Positions 18,708-28,396 of a stretch of DNA of 64,000 nucleotides are shown here, one piece after another. How positions within the stretch are numbered: the stretch's first letter is position 1; the number at the start of each line of letters is the position of its first letter. Source of the DNA: an uncultured bacterium. Lineage in GTDB: Bacteria > Krumholzibacteriota > Krumholzibacteriia > JACNKJ01. Location: assembly GCA_964440095.1 (NCBI GenBank), contig CAYTPZ010000002.1, positions 1,764-65,763 of the forward strand, written 5' to 3'. The notes beneath the pieces are model-generated. The model did not search any database. It was given only the letters and a program-made list of their open reading frames with translations, and had not been told where the DNA came from. The translations under genes were made by a program, and so were the position numbers.

Positions 18708-20207
18708 ATGACTAGTTACTTCATCCGCAGATTTCTGCTGATCATACCCACCTTCCTGGGCATCACCATTCTGGTCTTCACGATCATGCAGTTGGTGCCC
18801 GGCGGTCCGCTTGAACAGGAATTGCTGAAGCTCCAAGCGGGCATGATGATGTCGGGAGAGGCCGGCGGCGGCACCGCCGGCGGTGACCTGGCCAGCGGAG
18901 GCATTGAAATTCCGCCGGACGCGATGGACGAGATGCGTCGCTTCTACGGCTTCGATAAACCCATTCCCGTTAGATACCTCAGGTGGCTGGGCCTCTGGCC
19001 CCGGGAAATGGAAGGCGTGTCCCTACGCCCCGGGAAATGGAAGAAGCTCATCAAAGGTGTGGATGTCCGCGTCTTGGAAGAGCCCGAGGGCTCGCGAGAC
19101 CTCACCATCGAGTATGACTTCACCAAGCTCAACGAGAAGTGGCAGATTGCCGAGGTCCCCGAAATTACAGCCGACGGCGAGCAGGAAGTGGTCATCGCTT
19201 GGCTGAAGTTCAAGGGCTCTTGGGTTCGAAAAATGGAAGACTCCCTTTCTGTGCGCCCGGGCGAATGGATCGACTTGCCGGGCGATGTTCGCGGTCGAGC
19301 CGTAGAAGCTCCCGGTGAAGAAAGCGGCTACATCGTCGAGCTCGACACCGAGCCGCTAGAGAAGCGCTGGGAGGTGACCAGCTTCGAAGAGCCCGATGAA
19401 GAGGGCGGCGAACCCAAGGTCATCGTTTCCTGGACCAAGTTCAGCGGGCTGCTTACCGGCGACCTGGGCAAGAGCCACGTCTTCGCCATGCCCGTGGGCA
19501 AGGTCATTCGCAAGCGCTTCCCCGTTTCCATCTACTTCGGACTCATCGGCTTCATTCTCAGTTACCTGGTCTGTATCCCCCTGGGCGTTTTCAAAGCGAT
19601 CCGACACGGAAGCCGTTTTGACATGGCTTCCAGCGCTATCGTATTCCTGGGCTACTCCATACCGGGATGGGCCCTGGGCGCGGTGCTACTCGTGATGTTA
19701 GGCGGCGGCAGCTTCTGGGAGGTTTTTCCGCTAGGGGAATTCAGAAGCGCGGGTTGGGATGAATTCACCGTCTGGCATAAGATTACCGATCAGGTGCATC
19801 ACACAATTCTTCCGGTGATCGCCTACATGGTGGGCAGCTTCGCCTCGCTCACCGTGGTCATGAAAAACTCGCTTCTGGAAAACTTGGGCCAGGACTACGT
19901 CCGCACGGCCTTCGCCAAGGGTCTTCACGAGCGGAAGGTTGTCTTTGTGCACGCCTTCCGGAACAGTCTCATTCCCATCGCCACGGGCCTCGGCCATCTG
20001 CTGAGCCTGATTCTGGCGGGCAGCTACCTGATCGAGAAGGTCTTCAACATCCAGGGCTTCGGGTTGCTGGGCTATACGAGCATTTTGAAGCGGGACTATC
20101 CGGTGGTGCTTGGAATTCTCGTCATCGGATCGCTGCTCAGACTCTTCGGTAATATCTTCAGCGACATCCTCTATGCGGTCATCGATCCGCGCATCAGGTT
20201 CAAGTAG
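18708..20207 (+). CDS. Peptide ABC transporter permease (OppB/DppB/YejB-like) with enlarged periplasmic loop
   Basis: N-terminus MTSYFIRRFLLIIPTFLGITILVF and C-terminus ...DPRIRFK are typical OppB ends; about 190-aa insert after TM1. Confidence 0.8.
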   Translation: MTSYFIRRFLLIIPTFLGITILVFTIMQLVPGGPLEQELLKLQAGMMMSGEAGGGTAGGDLASGGIEIPPDAMDEMRRFYGFDKPIPVRYLRWLGLWPREMEGVSLRPGKWKKLIKGVDVRVLEEPEGSRDLTIEYDFTKLNEKWQIAEVPEITADGEQEVVIAWLKFKGSWVRKMEDSLSVRPGEWIDLPGDVRGRAVEAPGEESGYIVELDTEPLEKRWEVTSFEEPDEEGGEPKVIVSWTKFSGLLTGDLGKSHVFAMPVGKVIRKRFPVSIYFGLIGFILSYLVCIPLGVFKAIRHGSRFDMASSAIVFLGYSIPGWALGAVLLVMLGGGSFWEVFPLGEFRSAGWDEFTVWHKITDQVHHTILPVIAYMVGSFASLTVVMKNSLLENLGQDYVRTAFAKGLHERKVVFVHAFRNSLIPIATGLGHLLSLILAGSYLIEKVFNIQGFGLLGYTSILKRDYPVVLGILVIGSLLRLFGNIFSDILYAVIDPRIRFK

Positions 20208-20216
20208 GAGGGCGCG

Positions 20217-21287
20217 ATGACCAAGAACAAAAACAAAAACAACCAGAAGCAAACCGTCAGCGTCAGCATTTTCCGAAAGCGCCTGCGAAAGTTCCGCACC
20301 TTCAAACGCGGATACTATTCCTTCATTGTCTTGCTGACCGCCTACGTGATTTCATTTTTCCTGCCGCTCATGGTGGGCAACAAGCCCCTGCTGGTGACCT
20401 ACGAGGGCAAGGCCTACTTCCCGCTGGTGAATTTCTACCAGAGTAATGAGTTCGGCATGGAGGGGTCGGAAGAGCCCAATTATCGAATGCTGAAAGAGCA
20501 TTTCAAGGCGGCGGACAAGGGCACGGTGATCATGCCGCCCTATCCCTATCATCCCAATGAGTCGCTGCTCGATATGCCGGGGGAGCCGCCTCATGCGCCG
20601 AGCTCGAGTCACTGGTGCGGAACCGATAACCGTGGGCGCGACGTCTTCGCGCGACTGGTCTACGGTTTCCGCATTTCCATCAGCTTCGCCCTGATCACGA
20701 CCTTCTTCGCCTATACGGTGGGCATCACCATCGGAGCCATGCTCGGCTACTTCGGCGGGCGCTTCGACATCATCATGCAGAGGTTCATCGAAATCTGGAG
20801 TTCGATGCCCTTCCTTTACACGGTGATCATCGTCAGCTCCATCCTGCAGCCGAACTTCCTTCTGCTTTCGGTGGTGCTCATGTTCTTCGGCTGGATGGGC
20901 ATGACCTACTATGTGCGCGGCGAATTCTATCGCGAGAAGGCCAAGGACTATGTGGCCGGCGCCATCACCATGGGCGCGGGGCATCGCGAGATCATCTTTC
21001 GTCACATTCTTCCCAACGCCCTCACGCCGGTGATCTCTTTCGCGCCCTTCGCGGTGGTGGGAAACATCTTCGCGCTTGTGGGTCTCGACTTCCTGGGCTT
21101 CGGACTTCCGCCGCCAACCTCGAGCTGGGGGCAGCTGGTCCAGCAGGGCATGGATTCCGTGACTACGGCCTGGTGGCTGGTGCTAACGCCATTGTCCGCG
21201 CTCTTTCTCACGCTTTTGATGGTGGTCTTCATCGGGGAGGCCATTCGCGAGGCGTTCGATCCCAAGGTCTTCTCGAGGTTGCGATAG
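20217..21287 (+). CDS. Peptide ABC transporter permease (OppC/DppC-like)
   Basis: HWCGTD...GRDVFARLVYG, a conserved OppC block; TM topology. Confidence 0.8.
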   Translation: MTKNKNKNNQKQTVSVSIFRKRLRKFRTFKRGYYSFIVLLTAYVISFFLPLMVGNKPLLVTYEGKAYFPLVNFYQSNEFGMEGSEEPNYRMLKEHFKAADKGTVIMPPYPYHPNESLLDMPGEPPHAPSSSHWCGTDNRGRDVFARLVYGFRISISFALITTFFAYTVGITIGAMLGYFGGRFDIIMQRFIEIWSSMPFLYTVIIVSSILQPNFLLLSVVLMFFGWMGMTYYVRGEFYREKAKDYVAGAITMGAGHREIIFRHILPNALTPVISFAPFAVVGNIFALVGLDFLGFGLPPPTSSWGQLVQQGMDSVTTAWWLVLTPLSALFLTLLMVVFIGEAIREAFDPKVFSRLR

Positions 21288-21288
21288 C

Positions 21289-22275
21289 ATGAGCGAAAGA
21301 AAGAAACTCTTCGAGATCCGCGGCCTCGTGACCCAGTTCACCACGGAGGCCGGCGTGGCCCGCGCCGTGGAGAACGTGGACTTCGACATTTTCGAGGGCG
21401 AGGTCCTCGGCATCGTCGGAGAATCGGGTAGCGGAAAAAGTGTAACAGCCCTCAGCCTCACGCGGCTCATTCCCAATCCTCCCGGTGAGATCACCCACGG
21501 TTCTGTAATGTACCAGGGGCGCGATCTTCTGAAGCTCAGGTATGATGAGCTTCACAAGATTCGCGGCAAAGAAGTGGCCATGATCTTCCAGGAACCCATG
21601 ACCAGCCTGAACCCGGTCTTCACGGTGGGCTACCAGATTCGGGAGATTATCGAGCTGCATGAAAATCTGAGCAAGGCCGAGGTGACCAAGCGCGCCATCG
21701 CCATGCTGGATCTGGTGGGTATTCCCGACGCGGAAAAACGCCTCGACGATTATCCTCATCAGTTTTCTGGCGGCATGCGCCAGCGCGCCATGATAGCCAT
21801 GGCCATGGCCTGCAATCCGGCCCTGCTCATCGCCGACGAACCGACCACGGCGTTGGACGTGACCATCCAGGCGCAGATCATCGAGCTGATGCTCACGGTG
21901 AAGGAGAAGCGGCCCGAGGCGGCCGTGATGCTCATCACTCACGATCTGGCCGTGGTGGCCGAAACCTGCGAGCGCGTCATCGTCATGTACGGCGGGCGCA
22001 TTCAGGAGATGGCCGAGGTGACCGAACTGTTCGAGCAGCCCTTGCATCCTTACACGCAGGGTCTACTGAGAAGCTTGCCGCGTCCGGGGCAGAAGGTGAA
22101 ACGGCTGGATACCATTCGCGGAATGGTACCGAGCCTTTTCGATATGCCCGCCGGTTGTAAATACTGCACACGCTGTGATCTTGCTGAAGATCGCTGCTTC
22201 ACCGAGGAGCCCGATCTGGTGGAGATTCATCCCGGTCATCAGGTTCGCTGTCACCTGGTAAAGAAGGAGGTGTAG
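21289..22275 (+). CDS. Peptide ABC transporter ATP-binding protein (OppD/DppD-like)
   Basis: Walker [12 protein letters not shown] signature LSGGMRQR, C-terminal oligopeptide-ABC Cys-rich tail. Confidence 0.85.
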   Translation: MSERKKLFEIRGLVTQFTTEAGVARAVENVDFDIFEGEVLGIVGESGSGKSVTALSLTRLIPNPPGEITHGSVMYQGRDLLKLRYDELHKIRGKEVAMIFQEPMTSLNPVFTVGYQIREIIELHENLSKAEVTKRAIAMLDLVGIPDAEKRLDDYPHQFSGGMRQRAMIAMAMACNPALLIADEPTTALDVTIQAQIIELMLTVKEKRPEAAVMLITHDLAVVAETCERVIVMYGGRIQEMAEVTELFEQPLHPYTQGLLRSLPRPGQKVKRLDTIRGMVPSLFDMPAGCKYCTRCDLAEDRCFTEEPDLVEIHPGHQVRCHLVKKEV

Positions 22276-22278
22276 GTC

Positions 22279-23298
22279 ATGGATATGAAAAATCCCGTTC
22301 TTGAAGTGAAAGACCTGCGCGTCTACTACCCCATCTTCGGCGGTGTCATGCTGCGCAAGGTGGCCGAGGTGAAGGCGGTGGATGGCATCGATTTCCATCT
22401 GGAACAAGGTGAAACCCTTGGACTGGTGGGGGAGTCGGGTTGCGGTAAGAGCACCGTGGGCCGTGCCATCCTCAATGTGCTTTGGACCACGGCGCCCGAC
22501 GTGGAGATCAGCGGCGATGTGAACTTCTATCGCGATGGTGAGCCCACGAACCTAGTGGGTCTGAATCGCAAGAAGATGAAACCCTTCCGCCGCGATCTGC
22601 AGATGATCTTCCAGGATCCCTATTCTTCGCTGAACCCGCGCATGACCGTGGGGCAGATCGTCAGCGAGCCCCTGCAGCTGCATCGCAAGGACATGGGTAA
22701 AAAGGAGCGCATAGAGCGCGTGGCTTGGTTGCTGGAAAAGGTAGGCCTGAGCGCCGAGCAGAGCAATCGCTATCCCCACGAGTTCAGCGGCGGTCAGCGT
22801 CAGCGCATCGGTTTCGCGCGGGCACTCGCCACGAATCCGAAGGTGATCATTGCCGATGAACCTGTAAGCGCACTGGATGTTTCGATCCAGGCCCAGGTGA
22901 TCAATCTGCTCGGAGAACTGCAGGAGGAGTTCGGTCTCACCTACATGTTCATCGCCCACGACCTCAGCGTCGTCGAGCACATCAGCGATCGTATCGCGGT
23001 GATGTACCTGGGCAATATTGTGGAGATCGGCAGCGCGAAGGACGTCTACTTCAATCCCATGCACCCCTACAGCAAGGCCCTGCTTTCGGCCGTGCCGCAA
23101 CCCGATCCCAAACGCAAGGACAAGGGCCAGCGCATCGTGCTTACCGGCGATGTTCCCACGCCCATCGCCAAGCCTTCGGGATGCGCCTTCCGCACTCGTT
23201 GCCCCATCGCCAAGGCGGAATGCGCAGGGGAAGTGCCAAAGCTTGTAGAAGTGGAATCGGGGCACTACGCGGCCTGTCCATACCACGAGGAGATGTAG
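22279..23298 (+). CDS. Peptide ABC transporter ATP-binding protein (OppF/DppF-like)
   Basis: Walker A GESGCGKST, ABC signature FSGGQRQR, C-terminal Cys-rich tail. Confidence 0.85.
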   Translation: MDMKNPVLEVKDLRVYYPIFGGVMLRKVAEVKAVDGIDFHLEQGETLGLVGESGCGKSTVGRAILNVLWTTAPDVEISGDVNFYRDGEPTNLVGLNRKKMKPFRRDLQMIFQDPYSSLNPRMTVGQIVSEPLQLHRKDMGKKERIERVAWLLEKVGLSAEQSNRYPHEFSGGQRQRIGFARALATNPKVIIADEPVSALDVSIQAQVINLLGELQEEFGLTYMFIAHDLSVVEHISDRIAVMYLGNIVEIGSAKDVYFNPMHPYSKALLSAVPQPDPKRKDKGQRIVLTGDVPTPIAKPSGCAFRTRCPIAKAECAGEVPKLVEVESGHYAACPYHEEM

Positions 23299-23586
23299 GA
23301 GCTCGTGATCTCCTCTCGCGCTCCGGCTCGCAGACTCGCAAGTCGCGCATCGAGGAGTCACATCGCTCCAGCTTCACAATTCATTCGGAGGGCCGTCAGG
23401 TCCTCCCTTTTCTTTGTTCCCACTTGTTGCGCGAACTCATTGCAATTGAGAAAGTTGGACTGGTGACGGCGAGGTCTTGTGGGGGGAAGCTTACGAAATC
23501 TGGGATTCCGATTGTCTGGATCCGACCAGTGCTCCCGGTTCTCCGCAGCTTCCCACCTGCTGGAGTTCGGTGAAGGCTCTCTACCG

Positions 23587-25257
23587 CTAAGAGGCAGGCA
23601 GTTCAGGCGGCACGATCACCGACTTTTCGCGCTCCACCAGCGCCAAACCCGGCGCACCCTTGCGCGGCTTCCGCACATACTTGCGCAGCGTGTAGATAAC
23701 CGGCACGAGCTTGCTGTTTTTGGCCTTGCTGTAAAACGCCGCAATGGATGCCGTGGCTTCGATGATGGCCGGCGGCGGATCGCCCTTGTGATCGGCCATG
23801 CGCAGCACGACGTGACTTCCGGGCACCGCCTGGGCATGGAACCAATAGTCCTTGGGCGAGGACGCGCGGTGGCTGAGCTCGTCGTTTTCGCGATTGTTGC
23901 GGCCCACCCAGACATGCCATCCGCCGGGAAGTTCGAAACGCCGAAATGGAAGCGCAGGCGCAGGCTTGCCCTTGACGGCTTTCGCCACGGCGGGAGGAAA
24001 TGCCTGGGTCCAATCGTCGAATAGGGCGTCGCGTAGGTCGGTGAGCGGCACACCTTCTTGAGGCGTGTCCAGATCGGCCAGAGACGCGTGGCGGTAGTTC
24101 AATTCCACTTCCGTCTTCGCAAGGTGGGCTTGGATGTTTTCGCGCCCACGATCGCCCTTGGCCGCGCGCTTGTAAAGCCGATCCAAATTCTTCTTGGGGC
24201 CGTTACCCGGATTCAGAGGGATCACGATCTGCTCGCCTGGGCGATGCACATCTTCGAATTCCACCGAGTCCATGCCGCGATAGATTTCATTCAGGTGCGC
24301 GGCCAGGGTGTCGGCCTGACGGCGAAGCAGATCGGCGTCTTCCGCACGAGATAGATCTTCGCCCACACCCTCCGCCAGTTTTTCCAGCCGAGCGATCTCG
24401 GCGCCATGGTGGCGGCGAAGCCCCTCGCTCATTTCGGCTATCTGCCGGCGCAGGCGATTCTCGCTGCCGAGCTTTTCGAGCATGGGAAGAAAATCGGGAT
24501 GCTCGTGAATTTCCACGCCATCGGGCGCAGGCCCCTCGGCGGGCAGGAGCCAGCCGGGACGAAATTCCTCGGAAGGGTAGAGGCCCAAGCGCCAGGGCCC
24601 AGGCCAGGCTAGTAGCCGGCTCAGGGCTACCTCCGGACTATCTGATAGTCTATCAACAAGATAGCTCAAAGTCGCGGCGTCGAGCCCGCGCACACGCTTT
24701 CCTTCCGCGGCCGATGCTTCCCAATCCTGGAGAATTGTTGCCTCAAGTGGCAAGTCTCTGTCCGGATTGGCCAATTCTCCAAGACCCGGCTTGTATTCTG
24801 CACCCGGTTTCACATGCGCGCCGCCCTTGCGGCTGGCCCGAATTACCCGATAAGCGCCGTCGGTGAGGATGAGCCTGCCTCCGGCAAAACACTCGACAAA
24901 CACATGCAAGCGGTTGCCCGCCTTAAAGTTATCCGACCGTTCAAGATCCAGGCGCAGGAGAGATTGCCCGGCGAGGGGCCCTCCTCCCTCAAAGCTGCTG
25001 CGTTCCAGATGGTCGGGCAGGAATGAAAAATCGTGTCTCTGATCTTGGAAGCGAAATTGCTGAAGAGCCTCGGGAAGCGGGGGCTCCATATGGGCTCCCT
25101 GCTCGTCCTGCTGGAGCGTCAGGATCAGGTCTTTCGGCCCATCGGGCAGCGCGAAATGCAGCGCCAGGACCGGCCCGCTCCAAGACAGACCTTGGACCTG
25201 GCGGCCGCGTAGCGACTCGAAAAGAGCGCGGGCATGAGATAGCAGGGGATAATCCAA
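23587..25257 (-). CDS. rqcH: NFACT-family protein, RqcH/FbpA-like ribosome quality-control factor
   Basis: NFACT-R (DUF814) block VGRNNRENDELSHR...DYWFHAQAVPGSHVVLR...AAFYSKA...VPVIYTLRKYVRKP; NFACT-N-like N-terminus. Confidence 0.65.
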   Translation of the reverse strand: MDYPLLSHARALFESLRGRQVQGLSWSGPVLALHFALPDGPKDLILTLQQDEQGAHMEPPLPEALQQFRFQDQRHDFSFLPDHLERSSFEGGGPLAGQSLLRLDLERSDNFKAGNRLHVFVECFAGGRLILTDGAYRVIRASRKGGAHVKPGAEYKPGLGELANPDRDLPLEATILQDWEASAAEGKRVRGLDAATLSYLVDRLSDSPEVALSRLLAWPGPWRLGLYPSEEFRPGWLLPAEGPAPDGVEIHEHPDFLPMLEKLGSENRLRRQIAEMSEGLRRHHGAEIARLEKLAEGVGEDLSRAEDADLLRRQADTLAAHLNEIYRGMDSVEFEDVHRPGEQIVIPLNPGNGPKKNLDRLYKRAAKGDRGRENIQAHLAKTEVELNYRHASLADLDTPQEGVPLTDLRDALFDDWTQAFPPAVAKAVKGKPAPALPFRRFELPGGWHVWVGRNNRENDELSHRASSPKDYWFHAQAVPGSHVVLRMADHKGDPPPAIIEATASIAAFYSKAKNSKLVPVIYTLRKYVRKPRKGAPGLALVEREKSVIVPPELPAS

Positions 25258-25299
25258 GGCAACACTCCGGAATTCGAACCCGCGGAGGCTAGCACGACC

Positions 25300-26058
25300 A
25301 TGCGAGCGCCCACAAGGAAAGCCCTGATCCTAGTTGTTCTGGCCGGGGTTTTCACCTCGGCTGCGAGCGCCTTGCCCCTGGATCCCACTTGGACCTTCGC
25401 TCCCGTGGATAGCAGCGATTGGCGCGGCGACACCCTTTCGGTGGCCATGCGCGCCGATCAAGCATCGAGCGGCAGCATGTATCTGGAAAACAGCGGTAGC
25501 ACGGCGGCGGGACCTTTCACCCTTCAGTTCGCAAGGGATCTTCGCTCCGAAAGCGGTGGATCCATACCCACGAGCGCTTTGAGCTTCGACCCGGCGGTGG
25601 TGCCCGAACTCGCTGCCGGCGGCACGGCCAGCGTGGGGGTGGGCATTCATCTTTCACCTCAGACGCCACCCGAAATCTATCGCGGCACGATCCAAGCCCT
25701 ACTTCCCGACATGAGCGTGCACAGCGAGTGTGTTTTGGAGCTGCGCGTGCGCAACGATGAAAACCTGCGGGTGGCGCCCAATCCCGTGTACGTCGACAGG
25801 CACAGTCAGGTGGATTTCCGCATCGCCGCCCGTTCGGGCATGAACGTGGACATCGACCTATTCACCATGGGTATGGACAAGGTTCGAACCCTTCACGGTG
25901 ACGGGCCCTGGAGCAACAACGGTGTCGAAACTTTGAGCTGGGACTTGACCAACGAAGGTGGCCACCCCGTGGCCTCGGGAATGTACATCGCGCTTGCCCG
26001 CTTCGAAGTGGGCGGAGATCGATTCACCGAAACCCATCGCGTCATGGTCATCTACTAG
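25300..26058 (+). CDS. Secreted hypothetical protein with a divergent T9SS-CTD-like C-terminal beta-sandwich
   Basis: Signal peptide; C-terminus APNPVYVD..VDFRI...VASGMYIALARF...HRVMVIY loosely fits the CTD pattern. Confidence 0.5.
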   Translation: MRAPTRKALILVVLAGVFTSAASALPLDPTWTFAPVDSSDWRGDTLSVAMRADQASSGSMYLENSGSTAAGPFTLQFARDLRSESGGSIPTSALSFDPAVVPELAAGGTASVGVGIHLSPQTPPEIYRGTIQALLPDMSVHSECVLELRVRNDENLRVAPNPVYVDRHSQVDFRIAARSGMNVDIDLFTMGMDKVRTLHGDGPWSNNGVETLSWDLTNEGGHPVASGMYIALARFEVGGDRFTETHRVMVIY

Positions 26059-26065
26059 GAGCGAG

Positions 26066-27475
26066 ATGGATAAACCGAAGAATCAAAATATCATCCTCGG
26101 CGGATTCATCCTGGCGCTCCTCGTGCTGCTCTGCGTGGCGACCATCCAGGCCGAAGCCGAACTATACGAATATGTGGGCACCAGCCATTCCGTGTTAAAC
26201 GCCATTGGCATGGACGCGCGGGCCGCATCCCTGGGATGGGCCGTGACCAGCCTCGACATGGGTGTGGCGGGGCTCGAGTTCAACCCGGCCAGCCTGGCCT
26301 ATCGGCAGAACAAGCAGCTTTACTTCGGGCATACCCGTTGGGTGATGGACGTGCCCATGGATCAAGTGCTTTACGCCAGCCCACTGCCGGGACAGAGCAC
26401 CCTCGCCTTCGGTCTACTCCACATGGATATGGGTAGCGTGGCAGAGACCCTAGAGGATGGCAGCTACACGGGAAACAGTGTGGGCGCCCGCGACATGCAG
26501 TTCAGCATGAACTTCACCATGCCGGTGCATCCCATGGTGCGTGCGGGCGCTCGCGCCAGTTTTATCCATAAGAACTTGGGTGATGAACGGGCCGGCACTT
26601 TCACCGGTTCTTTCGGGCTACTCACCCAGGAAATCCAAGGCATCAGGCTCGGGGCCTCTTGGAATGACGTGGGTCCACCTCTGAAACTCATCGAGGGAAG
26701 CTTTCCCTCACCATGGCGATTTCGCTTCGGCGCTTCTCATCGTCTGGAATTGGCCGAGGGTCATCGTCTGCTCAATTCATTGGATCTCATCTACCCCCAG
26801 GATAATTATCCCAGCGTGGGATTCGGAAGCGAGTGGACCTGGAGCGACATGGTTTTCCTGCGCGTGGGCTATCGGCGCAGCGTTCAGGATGACGGCATGC
26901 CCGAAGGCGATCGCTTCCACTACGGCGGCGGTCTGCGTGTGAATCATTTCCGCTTTGACTACTCCTATAATTCCCGTGCGGACCTGCAGGGCGCCCACCG
27001 GCTTTCGGTAACCTACGATCTTGGCGGCGATGTGAGCGCGGACGTGCCCAAGCCTTCGCGTTATGTGCGCGGCGCCATGTCGGACGGGCTTCAGTCGCCG
27101 CTACCGCCCGACGTGCGAGTGATCACCGAAGAACCTCCCGTTGAGCCGGCTTCCTATATCACTATCTTCCGCTACCTGGCCTTCAGCGCTGATCGTTCTC
27201 GGCTCCTGTCGGGGCAGTATGAAGTGCTCGATGAGTTCGTAAAGCGCCTGAATGCAGTGCCGGATCTTGTCGGCATCGAGCTGCAGGGATACGAAGAGGG
27301 TTCGGGCGAGGCCATCTGGGATCGTAAACGCAGTTTGCAGAAACTACAGGCTTTTAAAGCCGAACTCGTGCTGCGTGGTATTCCCGCGGACAAAATCGGC
27401 CTGGTCGCCTACGGCTCGGATCGATTCACCGAAGACGATGCGAAATCACGAATCGAAGTTCATCTGATCAAGTAG
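26066..27475 (+). CDS. Outer-membrane beta-barrel protein with C-terminal OmpA-like peptidoglycan-binding domain
   Basis: Signal peptide; amphipathic beta-strand-rich N-terminal 300 aa ending ...FLRVGYRR; C-terminus F.ADRSRL...GYEEGSG...RKRSLQKLQAFKAELVLRGIPADKIGLVAYGSDRF...RIEVHLIK matches the OmpA_C pattern. Confidence 0.6.
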   Translation: MDKPKNQNIILGGFILALLVLLCVATIQAEAELYEYVGTSHSVLNAIGMDARAASLGWAVTSLDMGVAGLEFNPASLAYRQNKQLYFGHTRWVMDVPMDQVLYASPLPGQSTLAFGLLHMDMGSVAETLEDGSYTGNSVGARDMQFSMNFTMPVHPMVRAGARASFIHKNLGDERAGTFTGSFGLLTQEIQGIRLGASWNDVGPPLKLIEGSFPSPWRFRFGASHRLELAEGHRLLNSLDLIYPQDNYPSVGFGSEWTWSDMVFLRVGYRRSVQDDGMPEGDRFHYGGGLRVNHFRFDYSYNSRADLQGAHRLSVTYDLGGDVSADVPKPSRYVRGAMSDGLQSPLPPDVRVITEEPPVEPASYITIFRYLAFSADRSRLLSGQYEVLDEFVKRLNAVPDLVGIELQGYEEGSGEAIWDRKRSLQKLQAFKAELVLRGIPADKIGLVAYGSDRFTEDDAKSRIEVHLIK

Positions 27476-27500
27476 ACCATTCGACATCAGCCATTGCACC

Positions 27501-27537
27501 AAAAAGCCCTCGGCTCGCCGAGGGCTTTTGCTTTTCG
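27501..27537. terminator. Bidirectional Rho-independent terminator between convergent genes
   Basis: AAAAAGCCCTCGGCTCGCCGAGGGCTTTTGCTTTT: 9-10 bp GC stem flanked by an A-run and a T-run. Confidence 0.6.
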
Positions 27538-27553
27538 TAGTAGTGTGGGATCG

Positions 27554-28309
27554 CTACTCCCACTTCACCCGTTGCTCGTCGCCGTCGAGAATCAGCACTT
27601 CACCCGAGAGACCCACACCCACAATTTCCACGATGCCGTCGCCGTCGATGTCGAAAAGATCGAAGATGCCGCCGAAGGGATCGTCGTGCACCCATTCGAT
27701 CTGGCGGAACTTGGCGTCGATGACCTCGCCCGTGTTGAGAATGATTTCATCAAGCTCATCGCCGTCAATGTCGGCCATGGCGATGTGGGTTGCATTGAAC
27801 TCTTCACTGCTGCGATAGAGTTCGGTTTCCTCGCCACCGGCCATGATCACCAACTTGTCGTCGGCGATGAGAACAATTTCCGGTTGTCCGTCACCATCGG
27901 TATCACCCACGGTGAAGCAGTTGATATTGGTGAAGTAGCCTTCGGGCGTGCGCCATATGTCGGTGAGATTGCCTGATTCCAAAACGAAGAGATCGCCCCG
28001 GCGCGTGGTGACCACCAACTCGTTGCGCGTGTCGCCGGTGGCTTCGGCCAGATGGATTTCCTTCACGGGCGCCCATACTTCCCGTTGTTTGGAAACCTGG
28101 AGCCGCCCTGTCATACGATCACGTTCCATAACGATGAGATTCCCGCGCTCGGTTCCATAAACGAAGGAATCCTTGGTGTCGTCGAGCATCTCGGCGGCCT
28201 TGTGATGCTCTACGAAAGACCAGGGATAGGAGATGTTCACCCAGCGCTGGGCGGCGCCGGGCAGGGCTACAACTACGAGCAGGGTGGTGATCAACAGCAA
28301 TCGTTTCAT
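27554..28309 (-). CDS. Secreted FG-GAP/VCBS-like repeat protein
   Basis: Signal peptide MKRLLLITTLLVVVALPGAA; repeated Ca-binding-like DTDGDGQPEIVL, DIDGDELDEIIL and DIDGDGIVEIVG motifs. Confidence 0.6.
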   Translation of the reverse strand: MKRLLLITTLLVVVALPGAAQRWVNISYPWSFVEHHKAAEMLDDTKDSFVYGTERGNLIVMERDRMTGRLQVSKQREVWAPVKEIHLAEATGDTRNELVVTTRRGDLFVLESGNLTDIWRTPEGYFTNINCFTVGDTDGDGQPEIVLIADDKLVIMAGGEETELYRSSEEFNATHIAMADIDGDELDEIILNTGEVIDAKFRQIEWVHDDPFGGIFDLFDIDGDGIVEIVGVGLSGEVLILDGDEQRVKWE

Positions 28310-28396
28310 GGCTTTCCTCCAGTGGACGAAAGATAGCACGCAGGCAAGGCTTGCGGCCAGTCCCTTGCTCGCCCATACTCGCCCTCAATCAGGGAG

